This document shows positions 36,304 through 45,949 of a stretch of 64,000 nt of DNA, in pieces (positions within the stretch are counted from its first letter, which is position 1; each line of letters opens with the position of its first letter). The DNA is from Candidatus Woesearchaeota archaeon (GTDB taxonomy: Archaea; Nanobdellota; Nanobdellia; Pacearchaeales; GW2011-AR1). The translations under genes were made by a program, and so were the position numbers. Location: positions 15,614-79,613 of the forward strand of contig CAZBPV010000002.1 of assembly GCA_964493885.1 (NCBI GenBank), written 5' to 3'. The notes below the pieces were generated by a model. It made no database searches. It had not been told where the DNA came from and saw only the letters and a program-made list of their open reading frames with translations.

Positions 36304-37173
36304 TTATTCAATTTTTTTGATGCTGGAGAGGTTTTTTATAGCATCTATTAACCCTAACAATTTTTTAGAGGGTTCGCCCAAGCTTAAAACCATATATTTT
36401 AAACCAGATTCAGAAGATTTTTTGAAGGCATTTGCAATGTCTGATTCAGATATTTTTTTCTTATTATATGCAATTAGCATTTTTTCTTCTTCACCAACTC
36501 TTATTTTTAATGCCAAATCCAATTTACTTACTCCTTCAACCCCAATTATCTCAATATTTTTCTTAGATAAGAATTCTTTTACTACATCAAAAAATCTTTC
36601 ATTTTTCTTTTTAGAAGAGGGAGATTTCTTTTTGCTTGTTTTTTTCTTTGGCTTTTCATTTTTCTCTTCTTTTTTAGGGGTATCAAATATGTCAATTTTA
36701 TTTTCTTCTTTGACACTAGGGACTTCTTTTTTTTCCTCTGCTTTTGTTTCAATAATTAATTCTGATTCAGGAACAGTAAAGTATCTCCAGAAAATTTCAT
36801 CATTTTTTTTAAATGGAATAGCAAAATCTTTTATTGCCCTCAATGCAACTCGTATTGCTGGCTCTTGTTCTGAGTCTTTTAGAATTCTTTTTTCTTTTAT
36901 AATTTCAAAAGCATCTTTTTCTCTGCTTTTCAAATGCTGAGCAAATGCTTCTAATCTATGTTCTTGCCCTTCGATAAAATTAAGAGACGAGCTCCCAATT
37001 TTCATATAGCTTATTTTTATTCTTCTTTCAGAAATTAGTTCAGATAAAAATGCTGAAGTAAATAGCATGCTCATGTTAATCTCTTTTGCAATATGAACTG
37101 GTAGGCTAGGGCCACGAATTTTTAGAAAAGTGACTATCCTTTCTTTAATATCTGAAGTATCTTGTTGTGGCAT
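36304..37173 (-). CDS. hypothetical protein with N-terminal winged-helix-like region, Lys/Glu-rich linker and a C-terminal domain
   Basis: IKERIVTFLKIRGPSLPVHIAKEINMSMLFTSAFLSELISERRIKIS looks like a wHTH. Preferred over the low-complexity antisense ORF 36317-36940. Confidence 0.5.
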   Translation of the reverse strand: MPQQDTSDIKERIVTFLKIRGPSLPVHIAKEINMSMLFTSAFLSELISERRIKISYMKIGSSSLNFIEGQEHRLEAFAQHLKSREKDAFEIIKEKRILKDSEQEPAIRVALRAIKDFAIPFKKNDEIFWRYFTVPESELIIETKAEEKKEVPSVKEENKIDIFDTPKKEEKNEKPKKKTSKKKSPSSKKKNERFFDVVKEFLSKKNIEIIGVEGVSKLDLALKIRVGEEEKMLIAYNKKKISESDIANAFKKSSESGLKYMVLSLGEPSKKLLGLIDAIKNLSSIKKIE

Positions 37174-37209
37174 ATATTCTCTTTAAAGCTAGAAGTATTA
37201 TAAAGATTG

Positions 37210-37725
37210 TTATGGTTTCATCCACTTAACTTCATAATAAGTCACATCCCCTTCATCATCTATTACTGCAAGCAGAAGATGTTTCTTAGTTGAGTGAGCT
37301 ACTCTATTTTTAGCTGAAAACTCATGCCATGATATTCTTTTTGATTCATAGTCTATAAAAACCAACCATTTAGCATGTGCAATTCCTGGTTTAGTTCCTT
37401 TTTCATAAACTCTAAAATCTGCTCCAAATTTTAATGCTGTTTTTGGAATGTACCCCTTATTTCTTAAGTCCTTGAATACAATGTATTTTAATTCAATTCT
37501 TTTGTCAATCTTTTGAAGTTTTTTAAGAGCATTTTTTTTAGAAATTTCTTTATTATTTGAGAATAATCTTAATTTTTTTAAATTCATTAAATAAAGAGCT
37601 TCACTTAAAGAGTATTGAATTTTATCTTCTATTCTTTCTCCAAAATGGCTTTTTTCAAATAAAGAGTATGCTTCTTGGGAGTTGCTTGAGATTGTTCTTT
37701 TTGAAAGATTTGCCTGTATGCTCAT
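37210..37725 (-). CDS. endA: tRNA-splicing endonuclease
   Basis: 171 aa; LRNKGYIPKTALKFGADFRVYEKG...AHAKWLVFI catalytic-domain pattern. Consistent with the five intron-bearing tRNAs in this window. Confidence 0.85.
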   Translation of the reverse strand: MSIQANLSKRTISSNSQEAYSLFEKSHFGERIEDKIQYSLSEALYLMNLKKLRLFSNNKEISKKNALKKLQKIDKRIELKYIVFKDLRNKGYIPKTALKFGADFRVYEKGTKPGIAHAKWLVFIDYESKRISWHEFSAKNRVAHSTKKHLLLAVIDDEGDVTYYEVKWMKP

Positions 37726-37862
37726 AAATATGTTAATTTAGGATAATATTTAAAAATATGTATTTATTGCTTAATTCATGAGACTAACATTATTGTTGCT
37801 TATTGTAATTTTAGTATTAGTCGTGGCTCTCATTTAATAGAGCCAAAACAACTTTTCTTAAA

Positions 37863-38174
37863 ATGGCTTTAAATGTTATAAAACAAACAGATACTGGAAA
37901 CTTTTTTGTAGATGTATATAGAGTTAAAAATGGAAAACCAGAAAGCATAGGAACTGCTTATAATATTGTTGGATTGCATACTTTTTTGAATTCTTGTGAT
38001 TTTTTAAGGATAGATATATCTCAGCCTATTTTAGAAGATTTAGGGCAGTATAGAAGATATTGCGAAGAGAGGAAAAAAATATGGATTGGAAGAGGAAATA
38101 GAGATTCTAAGCTGGAAAAGATAGATACTCTAAGAGGAGATATTGTAGAATCCAGGCTTTCTAGAAACTTATAA
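37863..38174 (+). CDS. hypothetical protein (103 aa)
   Basis: ORF only; no recognisable motif. Confidence 0.4.
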   Translation: MALNVIKQTDTGNFFVDVYRVKNGKPESIGTAYNIVGLHTFLNSCDFLRIDISQPILEDLGQYRRYCEERKKIWIGRGNRDSKLEKIDTLRGDIVESRLSRNL

Positions 38175-38264
38175 GAAAGGTTATAAATGTAGAAAGATAA
38201 TATTGATTATGGTGTATAACTTTAAACAAATAAAGAAAAGGGGCTTTTCATCAGTCCTTTAAAG

Positions 38265-40772
38265 ATGGCAGAATATAACTTTAAACAACTAGAGAAAAAG
38301 TGGCATAAAAAATGGCAAAAGGAAAAGATTTTTGATGTTAAGGAGGATTCTAAGAAACCAAAATATTATGTTCTTGAGATGTTTCCGTATCCTTCAGGAG
38401 AAGGTTTGCATATTGGGCACGGGTTAAATTATACTATTGGAGATATTTATGCAAGATTCAAAAGAATGAATAATTTTAATGTTCTTTATCCAATGGGGTA
38501 TGACTCTCTTGGCTTGCCTGCAGAAAATGCAGCAATTAAGGCAGGAACTCATCCAAGGCAGTATACTCAGAATTCAATAAAGAATTTTATGAAACAACAG
38601 CGTGCTCTTGGATTAAGTTATGATTGGAGCAGGATGATTAATACTAGTGATTCTTCTTATTACATGTGGGATCAGTGGATTTTCCTTAAAATGCTGGAAA
38701 AAGGAATTGCTTATAGAAAAAAAGCTGCAGTTAATTGGTGTGATAAATGTGAGGGAGTTTTAGCTAATGAACAGGTTCATGATGGAAAATGCTGGATTCA
38801 TAAAACTGATGTTAAAATTAAGCATCTTGAACAGTGGTTTTTTAAGATTACAGATTATGCAGATGAACTTTTAGATAAAGTAGATGATTTGGATTGGCCT
38901 ATAAGAATAAAATCAATGCAAAAAAATTGGATTGGAAAAAGCCAGGGAACAGAAATTTTATTTGATATTGATGGCGAGAAGTGGCCAATTTTTACAACAC
39001 GTCCAGATACAATTTTTGGAGTTACATTTATGGTTGTTTCTGCTCAGCATCCAAAGCTTGCAGAGCTTGTAACAAAAACTCAGCAAAAAGAAGTTGATAA
39101 GTTTCTTAAAAAATTAAAATCTGTTAGTGAAAAAATCTTGCATGGAAAGTCAGAAGATAAATCTTCTAACTCATCGAAACAATCTGAAGATTTTTCAATG
39201 AAAGAAGGAGTATTTACAGGAAGTTATGCAATTAATCCATTAACAAAAGAAAAAGTCCCTGTTTATGCTGGAAATTTTGTTGTTGCTGATTACGGAAGTG
39301 GGATGGTTATGGCTGTTCCTAGCCATGACCAAAGAGATTTTTTGTTTGCTAAAAAATACAGTATTCCTATGAAAGTTGTTATTCAACCCGAAGAGTATGA
39401 GCTTGAAGAAAAAAAGCTTGCAGAAGCTTATACTGGAGATGGGAAGTTAGTTAATTCTGGAGAGTTTGAAGGATTAAATAACAAAGAAGCAATTGAAAAA
39501 ATTACTAAGTATTTGACAAGAAAGAAACTTGGGAAAAAAGTTGTTCAGTATAAATTACGAGACTGGCTTGTTTCAAGGCAAAGATACTGGGGAACTCCAA
39601 TACCTATAATTTATTGTGATAAATGTGGAATAGTTCCTGTTGATGAAAAAGATTTGCCAATTGAGCTTCCAGAAAAAGTTAAGTTTGGAAAAGGAAATCC
39701 ACTTTTGACAAATGAGAAGTGGATTAGTGTTAAGTGTCCAAAATGTGGAAAAATTGGAAGAAGAGAGACAGATACAATGGATACTTTTGTTAATTCTTCT
39801 TGGTATTGCTTAAGATATTGTGATTCAAAAAATAATAAGGAAATTTTTGATAAGAAAAAAGTAAAGTATTGGATGCCAGTAGATAAATACATTGGAGGGG
39901 CAGAACATGCTTGCATGCATCTTATTTATTTTAGATTTTATACTAAATTTTTAAGAGATTTAGGATTGTTAGACTTTGATGAGCCAGCTAAGAGTTTGTT
40001 TAATCAAGGAATGCTGCACGGAGCTGACGGGCAGAAAATGTCAAAATCACTAGGCAATGTAATTAATCCCATCAATATTATTGATAAGTATGGAGCAGAT
40101 TCTTTGAGATTAGCTTTAATGAGTTTTGCTTCCCCAGATAGTGATACTAATTGGGATGAAGGAGTTTTAATAGGGAGTTTGAAATTTTTAAATAAGATTT
40201 ATGAGTATTTTAATAGTGTTAAGATAGGAAAGTCTGACGCTAAAATAGAAAGCAAATTAAATAAAATAATTAAAGAAGTGACTAACCAAGTTGATAATTT
40301 TAAATATAACTTAGCAATAATTAAGGTTAGGGATTTGTTTAATTCTCTTCCTCAGGAAACAAGCAAAGAAATTCTTGAAAAATCCTTGAAATTGCTCCAT
40401 GTCTTTTGCCCTCATATAACAGAAGAACTTTGGGAAAAAATAGGAAACAAGAGTTTTATTTCACTAGCTGATTGGCCAAAACCAGATGAGAAAAAGATTG
40501 ATGATAAATTTGATAAGCAAGAGCAAGCAAAAGATAAGATTGTAGGTGATATTATAAATATTTTAAAAATAATTGAAGCACGAGGCGAAAAAAAAGACAA
40601 AGTTTTTGTTTATGTTATTCCAAATGAAAAGGAATTTTACAATGAAGCTGAGATAAGCAAGAAAGTTGGCAAGGAAGTTAGGATTTTTGCAGTAAATGAT
40701 AAGAACAAGTATGATCCTACTAACAGGGCTAAGAATGCAAAGCTAGGTAAACCTGGAATTTATTTGGAATAG
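38265..40772 (+). CDS. leuS: leucyl-tRNA synthetase, bacterial-type architecture
   Basis: KYYVLEMFPYPSGEGLHIGH, GYDSLGLPAENAAIK, CP1 editing region, QKMSKSLGNVI; 835 aa. Confidence 0.9.
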   Translation: MAEYNFKQLEKKWHKKWQKEKIFDVKEDSKKPKYYVLEMFPYPSGEGLHIGHGLNYTIGDIYARFKRMNNFNVLYPMGYDSLGLPAENAAIKAGTHPRQYTQNSIKNFMKQQRALGLSYDWSRMINTSDSSYYMWDQWIFLKMLEKGIAYRKKAAVNWCDKCEGVLANEQVHDGKCWIHKTDVKIKHLEQWFFKITDYADELLDKVDDLDWPIRIKSMQKNWIGKSQGTEILFDIDGEKWPIFTTRPDTIFGVTFMVVSAQHPKLAELVTKTQQKEVDKFLKKLKSVSEKILHGKSEDKSSNSSKQSEDFSMKEGVFTGSYAINPLTKEKVPVYAGNFVVADYGSGMVMAVPSHDQRDFLFAKKYSIPMKVVIQPEEYELEEKKLAEAYTGDGKLVNSGEFEGLNNKEAIEKITKYLTRKKLGKKVVQYKLRDWLVSRQRYWGTPIPIIYCDKCGIVPVDEKDLPIELPEKVKFGKGNPLLTNEKWISVKCPKCGKIGRRETDTMDTFVNSSWYCLRYCDSKNNKEIFDKKKVKYWMPVDKYIGGAEHACMHLIYFRFYTKFLRDLGLLDFDEPAKSLFNQGMLHGADGQKMSKSLGNVINPINIIDKYGADSLRLALMSFASPDSDTNWDEGVLIGSLKFLNKIYEYFNSVKIGKSDAKIESKLNKIIKEVTNQVDNFKYNLAIIKVRDLFNSLPQETSKEILEKSLKLLHVFCPHITEELWEKIGNKSFISLADWPKPDEKKIDDKFDKQEQAKDKIVGDIINILKIIEARGEKKDKVFVYVIPNEKEFYNEAEISKKVGKEVRIFAVNDKNKYDPTNRAKNAKLGKPGIYLE

Positions 40773-40834
40773 TTATAGTGAAATAAGTTTTCTAAGAGAA
40801 TAATGCTTTTAAGCTGACACAGAGTAGGATTTTT

Positions 40835-41824
40835 ATGGGAAAGAAGAGGATTTATTTTAAACCAGTTCTTGAAAAACAAATTGATAGAGATGCTGAGATA
40901 AGAAAGGCCATTAGGGAGCATACAGGATGGGATTATGAAGTTGCTTATAAAAAAAATCCTGGATGGTGCACTAGGATTTCTAGGCTAGTCGGAATCGAAA
41001 GAACCAAGAGAATGGCTGATAATGTTGGAAGTTTTTTTGCTTATATGTTTGCTGAAATTTTCGGAGGAGAGGTGAAAAGAGCGAGATATGGATATTCTGG
41101 TTTTCATGCTGATGTTGTTGAGGATCATGATGCTATTATTATTGAAACAGAAGTAAAGGCAACTGCAAAAAGAAATGGTGCTCCTAAGTTAGGTCTTTGC
41201 CAATTTGCAAATGCATTAGGAGAATTTTATAGATTGACTCAGTTAAGTATTGGAGAAACAAATATACAATATGCAATTTTTCAATATGGTCCATCTGAAC
41301 AATCTTTGGGGTTAGCTAAATATGATAATAATGGATTAGTCAAGATACTCAGCAGGAATGTTAGGAGTTTATTAGTTATTCCATTGAATTTTTTAATTCC
41401 CATGATTCTAACACATCATTTCGCACCATTAAATCATGGAAGTTCCACTAGTTCCAGATACGAAGAACATTATTCTGAGCCTCATGCAAGATTAATTACT
41501 GCCATAAACAAAAGTCATGATGCTACAAAAGAATTATTTGAATTTGCAAAAAAACAAGGATTTTCTCAAGAAGACTTATGCTTGGAGAATTTAGTAAGAG
41601 AAGAAACAATGTCTCCTGATAATCTTTATTGTAGGAGTTATAGAGTCCAGCCCTTTAAAATAGTGCATTATCTTAATAGAGATTCCAGAAAATGGGCAAA
41701 CGCTTTTGTTGGAAAAAACAATGATGGAGTCTGCCACAGGATTTTTGATTATTTTTATTTAAGTCCAGAGTTTTTTCTTGCTAAACCAGAGGATCCTAAA
41801 GATGCAGGCGAGGTTCCGTTTTAA
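40835..41824 (+). CDS. hypothetical protein with a possible PD-(D/E)XK nuclease core
   Basis: GFHADVVEDHDAIIIETEVKA fits D-x12-E-x-K; no other family signal. Confidence 0.45.
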   Translation: MGKKRIYFKPVLEKQIDRDAEIRKAIREHTGWDYEVAYKKNPGWCTRISRLVGIERTKRMADNVGSFFAYMFAEIFGGEVKRARYGYSGFHADVVEDHDAIIIETEVKATAKRNGAPKLGLCQFANALGEFYRLTQLSIGETNIQYAIFQYGPSEQSLGLAKYDNNGLVKILSRNVRSLLVIPLNFLIPMILTHHFAPLNHGSSTSSRYEEHYSEPHARLITAINKSHDATKELFEFAKKQGFSQEDLCLENLVREETMSPDNLYCRSYRVQPFKIVHYLNRDSRKWANAFVGKNNDGVCHRIFDYFYLSPEFFLAKPEDPKDAGEVPF

Positions 41825-42228
41825 GGTTTTATTAAAATATCAGAATAGTGAACCCATTGATTAAATAATTTCATTAAAACATAAGCTTCTTTATAATTAT
41901 CCATATTGTGAGAATGGAATTTTATAGGTTCTGATTGTTGCTCTTTCCCTAAAAGATTTTCTATTGTTCTATAATCCGTGCTTAACCATTTTCCATTTTC
42001 TCCAATATAAACCTGGCTTAAAAAACAGGTATCTTCATGAAATAGATAAGGATTTTTCCAGAATACTTTAAATCTTTTGAGCTCTTCATTGCCTAATCCA
42101 TTTATTTTATCTCTTTTAGCTGGACTAAACTTAGAGATTATCATTTCTCTTGCAAAACTATAATCCAGGCTTATTCCAAAATCAAAACCACTAAAAAATT
42201 CTGGCTGCCAAATTACTTTTTCTAACAT
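41821..42228 (-). CDS. hypothetical protein (135 aa)
   Basis: ORF converges on 40835-41824 with a 4-nt overlap of the 3' ends; no motif recognised. Confidence 0.45.
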   Translation of the reverse strand: MLEKVIWQPEFFSGFDFGISLDYSFAREMIISKFSPAKRDKINGLGNEELKRFKVFWKNPYLFHEDTCFLSQVYIGENGKWLSTDYRTIENLLGKEQQSEPIKFHSHNMDNYKEAYVLMKLFNQWVHYSDILIKP

Positions 42229-42276
42229 GAAAAATCTATTTAAGATTTCTTTATAAGAATTGTTATAGCAGGAAGA

Positions 42277-44025
42277 TTATTCTAAAATAGCTTTGATTCG
42301 TCTCACACCAGCTGAAGAAGATTCCTCTTTCTGGATTTTGAAGTGCCCGAGCTCGCAGGTGTTTTTTGCATGAGGGCCTGCGCAGATTTCCTTTGAGAAA
42401 CTTCCTATTGTATAAACTGAGACTTTTTCTCCATACTTTTTATCAAAGATACCGCAAGCTCCTTGTTCTTTTGCTTGGGCAGGAGTCATTTCTTGCCGAA
42501 CTATCTCGCAGGAATCTTCTATTTGAGCATTAACTAAATCTTCAACATCTTTTACTTCTTGTTCTGTTAATTTTCTTGGGAAATTAAAATCTAATCTTAA
42601 TCTTTCTGGAGTTATGTTGGAACCTCTTTGTTCTATATTTTCATCTTTCAGAATTATTTGAAGAGCTTTTAATAATAAGTGAGTTGCTGTGTGAAGTTTT
42701 GTTGTTTTCTCAGAGCTGTCAGCAAGGCCAGATTTAAATCTTCCTGCTGTTGCTGTTCTTGAAAGCTCCTGATGTTTTTCAAGTTCTTCTTTAAATCCTG
42801 ATTCTTCAACTTTTATTCCTTTTTCTTTTGCCATTTCCAGTGTCATTTCAATAGGAAACCCGTAACTTTGCAATAATAAAAAAGAATCTTTTCCAGAAAG
42901 AACTTTTTTACCTTGAGTTACTTTATTAAAAAATCTTAATCCTGAAGCAAGAGTCTGCCTAAATCTTTTTTCTTCATTTTCAAGCTCCTTAAGAATCTTT
43001 TCTTTATTATTTTTAAGTTGAGAGTAATCTTCATAAATTTTTATTATTACTTCTCCAATTTTTCTTGTGAAATCATTTTGAATCATTAATTTTTTTCCTT
43101 GAATGATTGCTCTTCTTATTAGCCTTCTTAAAACATATCCCTGCTCTGTATTGCTAGGGGTTATTCCATCACCTATTATAAAAATAGAAGCCTTGAGATG
43201 GTCAGCAATAATTCTCATTGGAGTTTGATGCTCTGAATATTTCTTTTTTGAGATTTTTTCTATTTCTTTTATTATTGGAAGCCACATATCTGCCAAATAA
43301 TTATCTTCTAATCCATTTAAGACAGCAACTGTTCTTTCTACACCCATCCCAGTATCCACATTCTTTTGTTTTGCAAGATTATATTTTCCTTCTTTATCTT
43401 TATTATACTGCATTAAAACATCATTCCAGATTTCTACCCAATTTGAATCACTTGGATTAAATTTTTTTGGAGCTGGCTTTGAATTGTTTTTCCAGTAAAA
43501 TATTTCAGTATCTGGTCCACATGGCCCTGTAGCCCCTGCTGGGCCCCACCAATTATCTTTTTTTGGAAGAAAGGCAATTCTTTCCTTGCTTACTTTTAGA
43601 GATTCCCAAATTTTACCTGCTTCTATGTCTTTTGGAGCATCTTTATCTCCTGCAAAGCAAGTTACCCCTAATTTTTCAATTGGGATTTTTAATATTTTAG
43701 TTAAAAATTCAAAACTCCATTCTATTGCTTCTTTTTTAAAATAATCTCCAATACTCCAATTACCGAGCATCTCAAAAAAAGTGTGATGATAAGTATCCCC
43801 AACTTCTTCTATATCTCCTGTTCTTATACATCTTTGAACATTCACTAATCTCTTTCCTAGAGCATGCGGTTGTCCAAGAAGATACGGAACCAGGGGGTGC
43901 ATACCTGCAGTTGTAAATAATATAGTAGGGTCATTTTCAGGGATTAGGCTAGCATTAGTAATTTCCTTATGTTTCTTTGATTTAAAGAATTCAATATATG
44001 CTTTGATTAGTTTTTTTCTATTCAT
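42277..44025 (-). CDS. alaS: alanyl-tRNA synthetase, short form (582 aa) lacking the C-terminal C-Ala region
   Basis: LFTTAGMHPLVPY, QRCIRTGDIEEVGDTYHHTFFEMLGNWS, editing-domain HTATHLL and CAGPH motifs. Confidence 0.85.
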   Translation of the reverse strand: MNRKKLIKAYIEFFKSKKHKEITNASLIPENDPTILFTTAGMHPLVPYLLGQPHALGKRLVNVQRCIRTGDIEEVGDTYHHTFFEMLGNWSIGDYFKKEAIEWSFEFLTKILKIPIEKLGVTCFAGDKDAPKDIEAGKIWESLKVSKERIAFLPKKDNWWGPAGATGPCGPDTEIFYWKNNSKPAPKKFNPSDSNWVEIWNDVLMQYNKDKEGKYNLAKQKNVDTGMGVERTVAVLNGLEDNYLADMWLPIIKEIEKISKKKYSEHQTPMRIIADHLKASIFIIGDGITPSNTEQGYVLRRLIRRAIIQGKKLMIQNDFTRKIGEVIIKIYEDYSQLKNNKEKILKELENEEKRFRQTLASGLRFFNKVTQGKKVLSGKDSFLLLQSYGFPIEMTLEMAKEKGIKVEESGFKEELEKHQELSRTATAGRFKSGLADSSEKTTKLHTATHLLLKALQIILKDENIEQRGSNITPERLRLDFNFPRKLTEQEVKDVEDLVNAQIEDSCEIVRQEMTPAQAKEQGACGIFDKKYGEKVSVYTIGSFSKEICAGPHAKNTCELGHFKIQKEESSSAGVRRIKAILE

Positions 44026-44100
44026 AATTGTGATTAGTAAGTGTATTTTAAAAAGATTTGTTTAAGGAATTATCTTACTAAAATAAGCAGTTTAAATGGC

Positions 44101-44505
44101 TTATCCTGCTAAAGAATTAAGTTTTCTTTGAATTTCCTGCAGTTGAGATTCAATATCATCTTTTGCAGGCTGTGGTTGAATTATCTTTTCAAATATCCTC
44201 TCTTTTTCAACAACTGCCCCACCAGCTTTTCTTTCTTTTTGAGCTTTTTTGTGAGCTTCTCCAAGAATTTCAGGGATTTGAAGGACTGGCATTAAGTTTT
44301 GAACTTTTCCCAAATCCAATTTCATTGCACGCAATTTTCTTTCTAATCTATCTTTTATTTCTAATTCTTTCATTCTGTATTCAATATATCTTTTAAGTTT
44401 TTGATTAATCTTCAATAAATCCACTTCAGTAGAAAGAATATCTTTTTTAGATTGAACTGCTGCGCTATAATCAAACATTATATGGATTAATTTTTCATTT
44501 TTCAT
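44101..44505 (-). CDS. coiled-coil protein (134 aa), hypothetical
   Basis: Heptad-rich sequence; its start overlaps the stop of the upstream gene by 4 nt. Confidence 0.5.
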   Translation of the reverse strand: MKNEKLIHIMFDYSAAVQSKKDILSTEVDLLKINQKLKRYIEYRMKELEIKDRLERKLRAMKLDLGKVQNLMPVLQIPEILGEAHKKAQKERKAGGAVVEKERIFEKIIQPQPAKDDIESQLQEIQRKLNSLAG

Positions 44506-45035
44506 TCTATTTTAGAAAAAAGTTCTTTATCAACACGTTCAATTTGTTCTTTTGTTGCCTGAATATCTCTTTGCCAACCATTTAGTTCCTCTTCTTCTTT
44601 TTCTTTTAATCTTCTAATTTCCTTGAGCATCTTTTCAATTTCCATAATTTTTTCTTTTGTTTTTTCAAAAGTTTCAAGTGCCTTTTCAAATTTATCAATT
44701 CTTACAAATACTGGCTCTGCTTTTTTAACCATTTTAGCAGCTTCCTTGAAACCATAAGGGACTTCCATTTCTCTGCTCATTGGTATGTCTCTTAGAGGTT
44801 TTTGCATCATTCCACTATCGAATTCATCTGCGTCTGCCTCTGTATTCACCTCTTTTCCCCCAGCAATAGCTTCTTTAATAGCACTCTGAGAGAATTTATC
44901 TCCGAAAGAATTTGATGGAAAACTTGGAAGTTGAGGGAGAGGCTCTTTTTCCCAATCAGGCAAGCTTGGAAGTTCTGGCAATTCAGGAATAACTATATTT
45001 CTTTTATCCTCTTCTTTTTTATTAAACCAACCCAT
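44502..45035 (-). CDS. hypothetical protein with a Pro-rich N-terminus and C-terminal coiled coil (177 aa)
   Basis: IPELPELPSLPDWEKEPLPQLPSFP, then EPVFVRIDKFEKALETFEKTKEKIMEIEKMLKEIRRLKEKEEEEL. Confidence 0.5.
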   Translation of the reverse strand: MGWFNKKEEDKRNIVIPELPELPSLPDWEKEPLPQLPSFPSNSFGDKFSQSAIKEAIAGGKEVNTEADADEFDSGMMQKPLRDIPMSREMEVPYGFKEAAKMVKKAEPVFVRIDKFEKALETFEKTKEKIMEIEKMLKEIRRLKEKEEEELNGWQRDIQATKEQIERVDKELFSKIE

Positions 45036-45208
45036 TTTTATATTGCAAAATACTCTTTTTAATATATATAAGATACAACATAGGTTTAAAAACTTTTATT
45101 TTTTTAATATCCTATAAAAATAATCAAAACTGGAAAAATATCTTTACGCAAGCTTTTTTGTTAGAACAAAACCGAAAGGTATTTATTTAACCAATTTTTA
45201 ATATTCAA

Positions 45209-45949
45209 ATGCTCGAAAATTTTCTTAAGGAGGTAGTTTCAATTATTGTAGGAAAAAATTCAGAGTTAATTGCAGATTTGTTAAACAGCAAAAAACATGT
45301 GAATGAATTCTTAATTGCAAAGAAACTTAGCATTACAATAAATCAAACAAGAAATTTATTATACAAACTGTCTGATTTTGGGCTTGTATCTTCTATAAGA
45401 AAAAAAGATAAGAAAAAAGGATGGTATACTTATTTTTGGAAGATTGAGATTTTGAAAGCTCTTGAATTTCTTAAAGATGAAAAAAGAAAGAAGCTTACTT
45501 ACATTTATAATCAGATTAGGAGCAGAGAGACAAAAGAATTTTATATATGCGAGAGATGCCATATAGAAGTTAGTGAAGAACATGCTCTTCTTAATAATTT
45601 TACATGCAATGAATGTGGGGATATCTTTGCAAGAAAAGACAACACAAAAATTCTAAAAGAAATGAAGAGGCAGGCTGAGAAAATAGAGAATGAAATTAAA
45701 TTAATCGACGAAGAAATCACAAAGGAAAAAGAGAAGCTTGGTAAAATAAGGGTTAGTGAGACTCAGAAAGAAGAGAAGATTAAAAAAGAAACAAGAAGAA
45801 AAAAAGCTCTTGAAAGAAAAAAAGCTAAAAAAACTTTAAAAAAATCAAAACCAAAGAAGTCAAAAAAGAAAATCAAAAAAATCAGGAAAATAATCCGTAC
45901 AATTAAAAAAGCAATTAGGAAGAAATCAAAATCTCGGAAGAAAAGGTAA
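45209..45949 (+). CDS. tfe: transcription factor E (TFE alpha) with a Lys-rich C-terminal tail
   Basis: Winged helix (FLIAKKLSITINQTRNLLYKLSDFGLVSSIRKKDKKKGWYTYFW) plus Zn ribbon CERC...CNECG. Confidence 0.8.
   Translation: MLENFLKEVVSIIVGKNSELIADLLNSKKHVNEFLIAKKLSITINQTRNLLYKLSDFGLVSSIRKKDKKKGWYTYFWKIEILKALEFLKDEKRKKLTYIYNQIRSRETKEFYICERCHIEVSEEHALLNNFTCNECGDIFARKDNTKILKEMKRQAEKIENEIKLIDEEITKEKEKLGKIRVSETQKEEKIKKETRRKKALERKKAKKTLKKSKPKKSKKKIKKIRKIIRTIKKAIRKKSKSRKKR

Noticed and set aside
36317-36940. 207-aa plus-strand ORF
   Set aside because: It is a low-complexity Phe/Ser/Leu-rich antisense frame of the more protein-like minus-strand gene 36304-37173.
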